DNA of 64,000 nucleotides from Alcanivoracaceae bacterium. Lineage in GTDB: Bacteria > Pseudomonadota > Gammaproteobacteria > Pseudomonadales > Alcanivoracaceae. Made by a program: the position numbers and the translations under genes. The DNA is taken from contig JARGPN010000006.1 of NCBI GenBank assembly GCA_029213045.1, positions 168,123-232,122 of the forward strand, given 5' to 3'. The first letter of the stretch is position 1. Each line of letters opens with the position of its first letter. Under the pieces are notes generated by a model. That model saw only the letters and a program-made list of their open reading frames with translations, had not been told where the DNA came from and made no database searches. Of the stretch, positions 50,647 to 59,721 are shown one piece after another.

Positions 50647-51498
50647 TTACGCGGATTCTGTAAGGGTGTATCGGCTATTCTCAACAACTGCGACGCCATC
50701 TTCACAAAGCTTGATAAGGTGCGCGAGCAAGGAGAATTCGGCGATTGGGTGCAAAAATGCCGGCGTATCGTCATAGACAACTTTCACCAGTTCACTGGCT
50801 GAGCTATTCGGCCGTTCCGATAACGCGGTACGCACTTTGTGTTCGCGCTTTAAACGATGACTGATGGTTTGTTCTACGGCTTGCTTTGGCTGGTGAATTA
50901 AATCGCCATGTCCTGGTGCGATAACATGGATATCAAACGGCAATAATTTTTCTAACGACTTCAAATAAGCACTCATCGATCCCGAAGGTGGCGCAATGAC
51001 AACGGTTGAGCCGTTGATCAAGTGATCCCCAGAAAACAACATGCCCTCAGATTCGAGCAAATAGCATAGGTGGTTGCCGACATGCCCAGGTGTGCTAATC
51101 ACCGTTAATGTCGAATGTCCTAATTCAATTTTATCGCCATCCGCTAATTGTTCATGCGGGTGCCAGCGTTCGTCCTGCAAGTTATCGTCTATGGTTCCGG
51201 GGCCGCAAAGTGGTGCGCCGGTTTGCGCATGCAACGCGTGAGCAGCAGGGGAGTGATCTCGATGCGTATGCGTGACTAAAATCTTTTTGACTGGCAGAGA
51301 AAGCTGTTGCGCTGCTACTTCAATATTAATGACATGGCGTGGATCTTCAGGGCCGGGATCAAGCACAATCAGCCCATCCAAATAACGAATTAAATACGTA
51401 TTGGTGCCTGGGCCGCTCATCATGCCGGGATTAAGCGCCAGTAGGCGCCATACGCCTTCAGCAATTTGGACCGGCTGACCGGGAGTGAGAGCGAACAT
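50647..51498 (-). CDS. MBL-fold metallo-hydrolase
   Basis: 283 aa with the HxHxDH motif (THTHRDHSP) and downstream His/Asp ligands (TPGHV, GDH, PGHG). Confidence 0.8.
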   Translation of the reverse strand: MFALTPGQPVQIAEGVWRLLALNPGMMSGPGTNTYLIRYLDGLIVLDPGPEDPRHVINIEVAAQQLSLPVKKILVTHTHRDHSPAAHALHAQTGAPLCGPGTIDDNLQDERWHPHEQLADGDKIELGHSTLTVISTPGHVGNHLCYLLESEGMLFSGDHLINGSTVVIAPPSGSMSAYLKSLEKLLPFDIHVIAPGHGDLIHQPKQAVEQTISHRLKREHKVRTALSERPNSSASELVKVVYDDTPAFLHPIAEFSLLAHLIKLCEDGVAVVENSRYTLTESA

Positions 51499-51543
51499 GC
51501 GGGCTCCTTTTTTTACTTAGGGAGGAAAACATCAAACGTCACG

Positions 51544-52041
51544 TTAACGCTGGTTTGCATAGCCAAGAACAGACTCGACCGTCAACGTCCAAACCAACTT
51601 TTCCGAATGGCTGATATCGTTGCTCGAAACCTTTACATCATGCAGTGCTTGGTGGAACGGATACGTTTGTCCTGGTGGCACATGCATTAATAAAACAAAC
51701 TCTACGCTGTCCCGCTGCTTGCATGTATCGCCATCGCAAAGCGCTACGGATGCGCTGGCGTTCACCGCAGACACCGACTTGTCACCCACATTAGTGACTG
51801 AGCCTGTCAGTCGCCAGCCCACGCCTGTCAGGTTGGCGCTCTCCATGATCAACTTCACCGACTCTGTCGGCAGGGTAGACGGCACGCGAGAGTTCATTGC
51901 ATAGAAACTGTACCCGGCACCCATGAGTGCCGCGACGCTAAAGGCCAAGACAGCGAGTGTCTTTTGCCCCGCACGCCAGCATGCTATCGCCAAGATCAAC
52001 ACGATCGCGATAACAAACATTGCCAGCGCCAATTGCGCCAT
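51544..52041 (-). CDS. hypothetical membrane-anchored protein
   Basis: Two N-terminal TM segments followed by a roughly 100-aa beta-rich domain. The ATG at 52041 has a perfect AAGGAG Shine-Dalgarno sequence 6 nt upstream. Family not recognised. Confidence 0.5.
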   Translation of the reverse strand: MAQLALAMFVIAIVLILAIACWRAGQKTLAVLAFSVAALMGAGYSFYAMNSRVPSTLPTESVKLIMESANLTGVGWRLTGSVTNVGDKSVSAVNASASVALCDGDTCKQRDSVEFVLLMHVPPGQTYPFHQALHDVKVSSNDISHSEKLVWTLTVESVLGYANQR

Positions 52042-52121
52042 GGTTTTCTCCTTGCGTATTAGTTCGCTCAATCTTACGTATAATGTGACGCAAGATCAGT
52101 CGCCGCACTCTGGGATAATTC

Positions 52122-52910
52122 ATGTTGATTGTTATTTCACCAGCCAAAACGCTGGATTACGAAACACCAATACCACCCGTCCGCAGCTCGCAGCCTCGTT
52201 TGCTGGAGCACAGTGAGCATCTTATTGCGCGTCTACGCAAGTACAGCGTCGACGATGTAACTAAGTTGATGTCTGTATCTGAAAACATTGCCGCTCTAAA
52301 CGTTGCGCGCTTTTCTAGCTGGACTCAACCTTTCAATGACTATAACGCGCGCCCAGCGATCTACGCGTTCAAAGGCGATGTATACACGGGCTTCGAAGTT
52401 GAGAGGTTTTCAAAAGGGGACATCCAGCAGGCGCAGAAGCAATTACGCATTCTGTCTGGCTTATACGGTGTTCTTCGCCCATTAGATTTGATGCAGCCGT
52501 ATCGCTTAGAGATGGGTACACGGCTAAAGACTTCGCGCGGTGTGGATCTCTATCAGTTCTGGGGTGATGAAATCACTGCCATGCTCAACGCGGACTTGGC
52601 CGTGCATAAATCCAAAGAATTGATCAATCTTGCCTCAAACGAATATTTTCGTTCTGTTGTACGCGACGAGATCGATGCGCGCATTGTCACGCCCGTTTTT
52701 CATGATGAGAAAAATGGAAAATTCAAAGTTGTTAGTTTCTACGCGAAAAAAGCACGCGGCTTGATGGCGGCTTGGATCATACAGAACAAGATAACCAGTG
52801 CGGAAAAGCTGGCAGAGTTTAATGTGGCGGGATATCGCTTTAGCGCTCGGGACTCAACGTCTGACTCGATGGTTTTTCGTCGCCTAGAGAAAAATATACC
52901 GAAGGCTTAA
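52122..52910 (+). CDS. yaaA: peroxide stress protein YaaA (UPF0246)
   Basis: 262 aa. The N-terminus MLIVISPAKTLDYE and the overall pattern are typical of YaaA. Confidence 0.88.
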   Translation: MLIVISPAKTLDYETPIPPVRSSQPRLLEHSEHLIARLRKYSVDDVTKLMSVSENIAALNVARFSSWTQPFNDYNARPAIYAFKGDVYTGFEVERFSKGDIQQAQKQLRILSGLYGVLRPLDLMQPYRLEMGTRLKTSRGVDLYQFWGDEITAMLNADLAVHKSKELINLASNEYFRSVVRDEIDARIVTPVFHDEKNGKFKVVSFYAKKARGLMAAWIIQNKITSAEKLAEFNVAGYRFSARDSTSDSMVFRRLEKNIPKA

Positions 52911-53656
52911 TGATGATGTTCTGCCGCGGCACCTGAAGAACCTGCAGATACAGGTGCCATGTGTTGATGATGTGCGTGTGGATCGCCGATCAGGGCCTGC
53001 GCGGCTAAACTGGCGGCCAAAACAAAACACAGTGCTGCGCAGACGTACTTCCACCAGCGCTGCCGCATCCAATTAATGCTACCAGCAAGCACGCCAGTAG
53101 AGGCGACTGGCACCGCAGTAATAACGCCGAAAAAAGCCATTAATAACGCGCCGCCCAAGGGCGATGTTGTGCCGGCAGCCAAGGTAAGCGCGGTATAGAT
53201 CAATCCGCAAGGCATGAACCCCCACAGCACACCTAGTGCGTAGGCCTGCCACGCATGCCGCAAAGGTAGGAGAGGGCGCGTCACCGGCGCAATACGCCGC
53301 CAGACACCTTGTCCTATCGACTCTAACCATAAAATACCGCGCGCCTGCCCTGCTAATTGCATGGAAATCATCAGCAACACCAGCGCAGACACCAATAAAA
53401 CAACCTGTCCGCCACCAGGCACAAGGCGCGCCAGTGCGTGCCCCAAATATCCGCTAATCGCGCCAAGGAGCGTATAGAAAGACACGCGACCCGCGTTGAT
53501 CCAAAGGTGCCAATATATCAATCTCGAAGGGCCTCGCTCGGACTCAGGCAAGGAAAACGTGATGCTCATGCTGATGGCGCCACACATCCCCAAACAATGG
53601 GTGCTGCCTGCGATGCCCAGAAAAATGGCCGCCATGAATGCTTCTGACAAACTCAT
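52907..53656 (-). CDS. DsbD_2/TauE-like membrane protein with an HCxGMCG motif and a His-rich tail (putative metal transporter)
   Basis: 249 aa with about six TM segments, an N-terminal STHCLGMCG motif, a second Cys site (FMPCG) and C-terminal DPHAHHQHM...AAEHHH. Confidence 0.55.
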   Translation of the reverse strand: MSLSEAFMAAIFLGIAGSTHCLGMCGAISMSITFSLPESERGPSRLIYWHLWINAGRVSFYTLLGAISGYLGHALARLVPGGGQVVLLVSALVLLMISMQLAGQARGILWLESIGQGVWRRIAPVTRPLLPLRHAWQAYALGVLWGFMPCGLIYTALTLAAGTTSPLGGALLMAFFGVITAVPVASTGVLAGSINWMRQRWWKYVCAALCFVLAASLAAQALIGDPHAHHQHMAPVSAGSSGAAAEHHH

Positions 53657-54331
53657 GAAATTGATAGATCCTATTATGAGCCTTTAATCGCGTGTAGAAC
53701 GCTCGCGTGAAACCGTTTGTGAGGCAATCTTTACGGGGCAATGTTAAACGGGATAGCGTTGCCGTGCTCGCGGCATAATGCCTCGCTGGCGTAAAACGTT
53801 TCAGCGGAATGCGGCTAGGGCTTCGGGTTATTCGTTCGTAGCGTCTCTCTGTATTGTCAGCCTTGAGTGCGCATAATGTATATTATGTTAAATCCATAAT
53901 GTCAGTCTAAATGTTGTATTCCCTAACCGCCGTTATGCCTTGTTTCCCTCCTTAGTGGTTTATACCGAAGTCTCTGCGCGATCTCGGACACCATGTCTGC
54001 TCTGCTCCTTGTTTTGGGAATGCCCCTGTTTTCCATCGTAGAAGCTTAAGCGCGTGCTACATCACATCGTGACGGGATCTTTGTGCTTGGTAGTTGCTGC
54101 GAAACAGTTTCACCGCCCAGCCTGAGAGATTTAACGCCGATTCAAAGCGCTTCAAATTGGCACGCTAGTACTTTATGGCGGCAGCAAAACAGCCTGAACG
54201 ACGGATACTGTTTGATGGCGCGCGCGCGTAAAACTGCGTTATCAGGCATGCACAGCACTCAACAAGCGTCGCAAAACGCTGCCGATAAATACTAATGACA
54301 ATAATAAAGAGACAAAAAGAGAGAGAAACGT

Positions 54332-56455
54332 ATGGAAACGCTCGGTCGATTATTCACGATTTCCCGATTCGTATTATGCCTGCTGCTGGTCCCCTCAATG
54401 CTTTGGGCAACCCCTGCCCAAGACGCGGCCTACCAGTTGGCGCAAGGCTGTTATGCCATCCAGTCGCCGGGCACGGGAAAGTATCTCAGCCGCACCAGCA
54501 TCGGCACCTATCGATTCGATAGCGCCTCGGCAGCGAACGCTCCGCATTTCTTTTTCAAGCCGTCAGATCTCGGCGAATTCCTGCTCACTGACCAAGACGG
54601 TAAGTATCTCTCCAGCAGCGTTCCGGCCACTGAGATTGTTCGGAGTGACCCAAATCTGTCGTCAGAATGGGCAATTACCGGCGAGGAAGCCGGCGCTAAT
54701 ACATTCCGCTTTCAATTAAAGAACCGCTTTACCCTGCAGCGTATTAAAAACAGCTACTGGAAAACGGTGTCCTATTTTTGGGGTTGGTACAAAACCAAGA
54801 CATTAGAAACAGAATCCACGTTCAATTTAACTGCCCAGACAGATTGCCGCGATTTTCCAGAAATGACGGTAAACGTTCAGGCTGATCGCAGTGCGTTGAA
54901 AGGCGATCCGAATGAAGCCGTTAGAGGCTTTGTTGATTCACACACGCATGTCACCTCCTACGAATTTATGGGCGGCAAGGTGATACATGGTGACCCATTC
55001 CATCGCTGGGGTGTTGAGTCAGCATTAGCCGACAGTAAAGTTATTCATGGCAAAGACGGTTCGTTCGACATTATTGGCAATCTCTATCAACACGGAGATA
55101 TTGGTTATCGTTATGACACCCGTGGTTGGCCAGACTTTCCTTGGTGGCCGAATTATTCACAACTCACCCACTCCGGCTATTATTACAAATGGATTGAAAG
55201 ATCGTACTTGGCAGGGCTACGAATCATGGTGGTCGATTTGGTCGAAAACCAAGTGCTGTGTAACGTGCAGTCGACGATTAATCCCGCTGGTTGGGTTGGC
55301 GCGAACAGCTGCGACACCATGGACAGCATTCGTTTGCAGGCCAAGCGGTTGTATGAAATGCAAGATTACGTGGATGCGCAATTCGGCGGCCCAGGTAAAG
55401 GCTTTTTTCGCATCGTAAAATCACCCGGCGAGGCACGTCAGGTAATTGCCGATGGCAAGCTAGCGGTCGTGATGGGCGTTGAAGCATCAGAGACATTTAA
55501 CTGCGGCAAATTGGATTTCTGTAGCGTTGCTAAAATTGAATCAGGGTTAACCGAGCTGTATGACCTTGGTGTCCGCAGTATTTTTCCTGCACACAAATTT
55601 GATAATCATATTGGCGGTTCACACGTCGAGGATGGATTTATTAATCTCGGCCAAGCGCTGTCTACGGGATATTTTTTCAAAACGAAAGAATGTGATGACG
55701 ACACACGTGGCCGGCAGTTTATGACGGGTGTTCCGTTGCTGCGCGACATTCCCGTCATCGCGGATATTATGCTGCAAACTGGCACGGCTCCCGAATACGA
55801 TGAAACGATTGAGCACTGCAACACCAATGGTTTAAGCGATTTGGGCGTGTACCTAGTAAACCGAATGATCGATTTAAATATGATCATTGAGCTTGATCAT
55901 TCCAGTACAGACTCTGTGACGGCGATGATGGATATCGTTGAGGCGCGTAATTATAGCGGCGTGGTATCGAGCCATAGCTGGATGCACTCTGCCAAGGACA
56001 ATGGGCTACATAAAAACGCCAAGCGTTTAATTCGTGCCGGTGGCTTTGTTGCACCGTATAACAGTGACGCGAATGACATGAATAATCGCGTTGGACGCTA
56101 CCTCGATGAATTAGCGAATACGGAGTATCTGCAAGGCGTCGGTTTTGGCACGGACATGGCGGGACTGGGCGGCCAAGCCGCGCCGCGAAATAACGTGGAT
56201 AGTGCGCCGCTCCACTACCCATTTGTTTCCGAATTCGGTTTTGTTTTTGACAAACAAGTCGCGGGCAACCGAGTGTTTGATTTAAACAAGGACGGTGTTG
56301 CGCATTACGGCATGGTGGCAGACCACATCGAAGATATGCGTGAGCAATCCAATCCTCGCGTGTATGAGGCGGTGATGCAGTCAGCAGAAGCGTATTTGCA
56401 AATGTGGGAACGGGCCAGCAGCAATGCGAATGCAGAGTTCGTTAACCCTTTGTGA
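54332..56455 (+). CDS. secreted metallohydrolase-like protein (M19 renal-dipeptidase-like TIM-barrel core with insertions; N-terminal beta-trefoil-like domain)
   Basis: 707 aa with a signal peptide (LLLVPSMLWATPA). GKYLS repeats occur in the N-terminal part. Several motifs resemble M19: VDSHTH, VMGVEASE, LGVRSIFPAHKFDN, IELDHSS, VVSSHSW, GFGTDMAG. The family assignment is tentative. Confidence 0.5.
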   Translation: METLGRLFTISRFVLCLLLVPSMLWATPAQDAAYQLAQGCYAIQSPGTGKYLSRTSIGTYRFDSASAANAPHFFFKPSDLGEFLLTDQDGKYLSSSVPATEIVRSDPNLSSEWAITGEEAGANTFRFQLKNRFTLQRIKNSYWKTVSYFWGWYKTKTLETESTFNLTAQTDCRDFPEMTVNVQADRSALKGDPNEAVRGFVDSHTHVTSYEFMGGKVIHGDPFHRWGVESALADSKVIHGKDGSFDIIGNLYQHGDIGYRYDTRGWPDFPWWPNYSQLTHSGYYYKWIERSYLAGLRIMVVDLVENQVLCNVQSTINPAGWVGANSCDTMDSIRLQAKRLYEMQDYVDAQFGGPGKGFFRIVKSPGEARQVIADGKLAVVMGVEASETFNCGKLDFCSVAKIESGLTELYDLGVRSIFPAHKFDNHIGGSHVEDGFINLGQALSTGYFFKTKECDDDTRGRQFMTGVPLLRDIPVIADIMLQTGTAPEYDETIEHCNTNGLSDLGVYLVNRMIDLNMIIELDHSSTDSVTAMMDIVEARNYSGVVSSHSWMHSAKDNGLHKNAKRLIRAGGFVAPYNSDANDMNNRVGRYLDELANTEYLQGVGFGTDMAGLGGQAAPRNNVDSAPLHYPFVSEFGFVFDKQVAGNRVFDLNKDGVAHYGMVADHIEDMREQSNPRVYEAVMQSAEAYLQMWERASSNANAEFVNPL

Positions 56456-56527
56456 TTCCTGATCATTAACCAGCGAGCGAAACCGATAAGGCGGGGTGCC
56501 CTCTTCCCCGCCTTATCTTCAAAAAAT

Positions 56528-57757
56528 CTATTTTACCTCGATTCGTTTCTCATCTGGCGCGGGATTATTTAGATCATGTGATGCGCCAGCGTACCATCGT
56601 AGCACCAGCGCCAGTGTTGCACTGACCACCATAATGCTCGCCATCGGAATGGGTGTGTGATTATGCAGCATGCTAATACCTACCCCTGAAAGCCCCGCAA
56701 CGAAATATTGACCGGCGCCATTTAAACCTGATGCCGTGCCGCTGTCCCGTGGGTAAAGCTGTAACAGGCTGGCTATGCCATTAGGCATAATTAGCGCCAC
56801 TAAACCACCTATTAACATGATGTTGGGCACCACAGTATAAAGCGTTGGCTTACCGAAAATTAAAAACTGTCCTAGCAGCACCGTAGACGCGATCAATAAC
56901 ATCACCAGTGCGCCGCTCATAATTTGATGTGATTCGCTGTTACGTAACATCAGCACGTTTATTCGATTAAAAACCAGCATGGCGACGACATTGGCGCCGA
57001 ACAGCACCGGGAACCACGTTTTGCCGACGTCATAAAACTCTAAATATAAAAATGCACTGTCAGTGATAAAGGCAAAAATTGCACTAAAGGTAAATCCATT
57101 GCAGAAAATCAGCGCTAGCCCAGGAGAAAAACTGAGCACCCTCCCCCAGCGTTGCATCATGGTTGACGTGTCTACGTGTTTTTCAACGTCGATACGCTCA
57201 GCGGGCAACGCAAAATGAACAACGCCCATTAAAAATAGCGCATAAATTGCCAATGAAATAAAGATTGCATGCCAGCCGCCGAGGTGAAGCAGAAAGGTGC
57301 CTACTGTCGGAGCCACGAGCGGCGCGATCAGCATCACCATGCCAATCGCGGTAATCATTTTTGCGGCTTCGCGCCCCTGAAAGTGGTCTCGTACCGTGGC
57401 GCTTGAAGTAATAACCGTTATGCCGCCGCCCAACGCTTGCAGCACACGTAGTACGTCTAACCAGACAACAGACGGCGCCCAGACAATCATCAGGCTTGCC
57501 GCAACGAATAACGCCAACCCAGCGATCGCGATAGGCTTGCGGCCAAACTTATCGGAAATGGGGCCGCCGAAAATCTGGCCAATCGCCGCGCCGACTAAAT
57601 ACAGGCTTACCGAACGCTCAACATTTGCCGTAGTGGTGGCTAAATCTTCTGCCATGGCAGGCAGCGCAGGGAGATAGGTATCGATTGCAAAGGGTCCGAT
57701 GGCGACTAATGCGCCCAGAGAAAGCGCTAAGTGTCGGACGGATGGGGTGTTTGTCAT
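56528..57757 (-). CDS. MFS transporter, Bcr/CflA-like drug-resistance subfamily
   Basis: 12-TM pattern with GPFAIDTYLPALPAMA and GPISDKFGRKP motifs. I prefer the ATG at 57757 (GAGGAT Shine-Dalgarno sequence) over 57811. Confidence 0.8.
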   Translation of the reverse strand: MTNTPSVRHLALSLGALVAIGPFAIDTYLPALPAMAEDLATTTANVERSVSLYLVGAAIGQIFGGPISDKFGRKPIAIAGLALFVAASLMIVWAPSVVWLDVLRVLQALGGGITVITSSATVRDHFQGREAAKMITAIGMVMLIAPLVAPTVGTFLLHLGGWHAIFISLAIYALFLMGVVHFALPAERIDVEKHVDTSTMMQRWGRVLSFSPGLALIFCNGFTFSAIFAFITDSAFLYLEFYDVGKTWFPVLFGANVVAMLVFNRINVLMLRNSESHQIMSGALVMLLIASTVLLGQFLIFGKPTLYTVVPNIMLIGGLVALIMPNGIASLLQLYPRDSGTASGLNGAGQYFVAGLSGVGISMLHNHTPIPMASIMVVSATLALVLRWYAGASHDLNNPAPDEKRIEVK

Positions 57758-57903
57758 GTATGCTGATCCTCGCAGAACATGAATGGTACGCATCAATACC
57801 AATACTCTCAACGTTAAATATCAGCTTAACGCTAATAAATGGCGCTTGCTGAAAAAACACAGGGCTGGAACTATAGGGCGCTGTTTTACGGATTGGGCAC
57901 TTT

Positions 57904-59721
57904 ATGGATATCGGTATCGCGCTGCAGCTAGCGCTGATCACCCTCGTCGCCTTTGCTTGCCAGTGGGCGGCATGGCGAATAAAACTTCCCGCGATTCTTC
58001 CGCTTCTTCTTTCCGGCATTGCTTTGGGCCCAGCCCTCGGCTGGCTAGAACCGAATGAATTGTTCGGCGATCTTTTGCTGCCCGGTGTTTCTCTTGCGGT
58101 AGCGATTATTCTGTTCGAAGGCGCAATGACGCTAAAGCTCGATGAGATCCGCGGACTAGAAGCAACCGTTCGCCGGTTAGTCACGTGGGGAGCATTAATT
58201 ACTTGGGCTGTTATCACCTACGTCACGACATTGGTCACGCCATTATCGTTTGAACTGGCATTGTTGTTCGGTGCGCTTGTAACGGTCACGGGGCCCACCG
58301 TAATTGTTCCACTCCTACGTAGCGTTCGTCCCGTTGCCAGCGTTGCACGGCTGTTGCGCTGGGAAGGCATCGTGATTGATCCCATCGGCGCCCTCCTCGC
58401 GGTATTGGCGTATGAGCTGATTATTGTCTCCGGCTCAGACAGCAACGGCTTGTCACATAGCGTGTGGCTATTTACGCAAACCATTGTGTTCGGTGCAGCA
58501 GTCGGCGCGGCGATAGCGTTTGGGTTGGCGGAGGTTTTACGGCGGCATTTGATTCCTGAGTACCTGCGCAGCTTTATGGTGCTTTCAGCGGTTGTCGGTC
58601 AGTTTGTTATTAGTAATGAATTGATGCATGAATCCGGTCTCGTTGCCGTGACGGTGTGTGGCATGGTGCTGACGAATCGTCGCGGTATTAATACGGACGA
58701 TATTCTTCACTTCAAAGAAAACCTGTCCGTTATATTGATCTCTGGGCTTTTTATTATTCTTGCTGCGCGCATCGAAATGCGCGAAATCGCATCCCTTGGT
58801 TATGCAACGATTTTGGTGGTTGGTGCAGTGCAGTTTATCGCCCGACCGTTGTCTGTCATTTTTAGTACCTTTGGCAGCAATCTGAACTGGCGAGAGCGCG
58901 CCCTACTTTCATGGATCGGCCCGCGCGGGATTGTTGCCGCCGCAGTGTCAGCGCTTTTTGCAGAACGTCTTGAGGCGCTCGGCATTGCCGGCGCGCAAAC
59001 ATTGGTGCCGTTAACGTTTTTGGTAATCATTGGCACGGTGGCATTGCAAAGCCTTACTGCACGTCCATTGGCGAAACTGCTGCGGGTTGCGGAACCTGCG
59101 CCGCGCGGTTTTCTTATTGTTGGTGCAAACCCTGTCGCGCGAGCAATCGCTGAAGCGCTGCAAAAGAACGGCTTCACCGTCATGCTGACCGATTCAAGCT
59201 GGGAAATGATTCGTACTGCCCGCATGGCCGGCCTTTCTGTTTTTTATGGCAACCCTGTTTCCCTGTATGCAGACCAAAAGCTCGACTTAGTGGGTATGGG
59301 CCGTCTCCTCGGCATTAGCCAGCGTCGCGAACTGAACGCGCTGTCGACCATGCGTTACCGTTTGGAATTCGGCGAGCAGAATGTGTATTCGTTGGCTGCC
59401 GCCGTGGACGCCGACGAGAAACATGGGGTTGCTCCAGAGCATCGTGGCGGCACCTTGTTTGATAACGAATTAACCTACGGCAAGCTGGCCAGTATTTTGT
59501 CGAAAGGCGGAGAAATACGGCAAACAAAAATGTCTGAAGAATTTAATTTTGATGCCTACATCGCCACCGAGGGCCGTCAAGTTTGGCCAATGTTTGCGAT
59601 TGATAGCAAAGACCGCATTCATGTATTTACCGCTGAAGCGAAACCTAAGCCGCAGGCGGGCTGGGTAATCATTAGTTTGATTCGCGAGCAAGACGTACAG
59701 ACGGATAATAAGGCGGCTTAG
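57904..59721 (+). CDS. CPA1-family Na+/H+ (NhaP-type) antiporter with a C-terminal RCK/TrkA-like domain
   Basis: 605 aa with about 12 TM segments, then FLIVGANPVARAIAEAL (Rossmann-like) and a soluble tail. Confidence 0.78.
   Translation: MDIGIALQLALITLVAFACQWAAWRIKLPAILPLLLSGIALGPALGWLEPNELFGDLLLPGVSLAVAIILFEGAMTLKLDEIRGLEATVRRLVTWGALITWAVITYVTTLVTPLSFELALLFGALVTVTGPTVIVPLLRSVRPVASVARLLRWEGIVIDPIGALLAVLAYELIIVSGSDSNGLSHSVWLFTQTIVFGAAVGAAIAFGLAEVLRRHLIPEYLRSFMVLSAVVGQFVISNELMHESGLVAVTVCGMVLTNRRGINTDDILHFKENLSVILISGLFIILAARIEMREIASLGYATILVVGAVQFIARPLSVIFSTFGSNLNWRERALLSWIGPRGIVAAAVSALFAERLEALGIAGAQTLVPLTFLVIIGTVALQSLTARPLAKLLRVAEPAPRGFLIVGANPVARAIAEALQKNGFTVMLTDSSWEMIRTARMAGLSVFYGNPVSLYADQKLDLVGMGRLLGISQRRELNALSTMRYRLEFGEQNVYSLAAAVDADEKHGVAPEHRGGTLFDNELTYGKLASILSKGGEIRQTKMSEEFNFDAYIATEGRQVWPMFAIDSKDRIHVFTAEAKPKPQAGWVIISLIREQDVQTDNKAA

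Noticed and set aside
53900-54330. An RsmY/RsmZ-like GacA-controlled small RNA in the long intergenic gap.
   Set aside because: Only a few GGA triplets occur, and they are mostly in CGGA or GGGA contexts rather than A(N)GGA loops. There is no TGTAAG-N6-CTTACA upstream element and no rho-independent terminator.
57618-58217. 199-aa minus-strand ORF spanning the divergent MFS/NhaP promoter region.
   Set aside because: It overlaps the starts of two well-supported transporter genes and has an Arg/Ser/Pro-rich composition typical of antisense frames. It is spurious.
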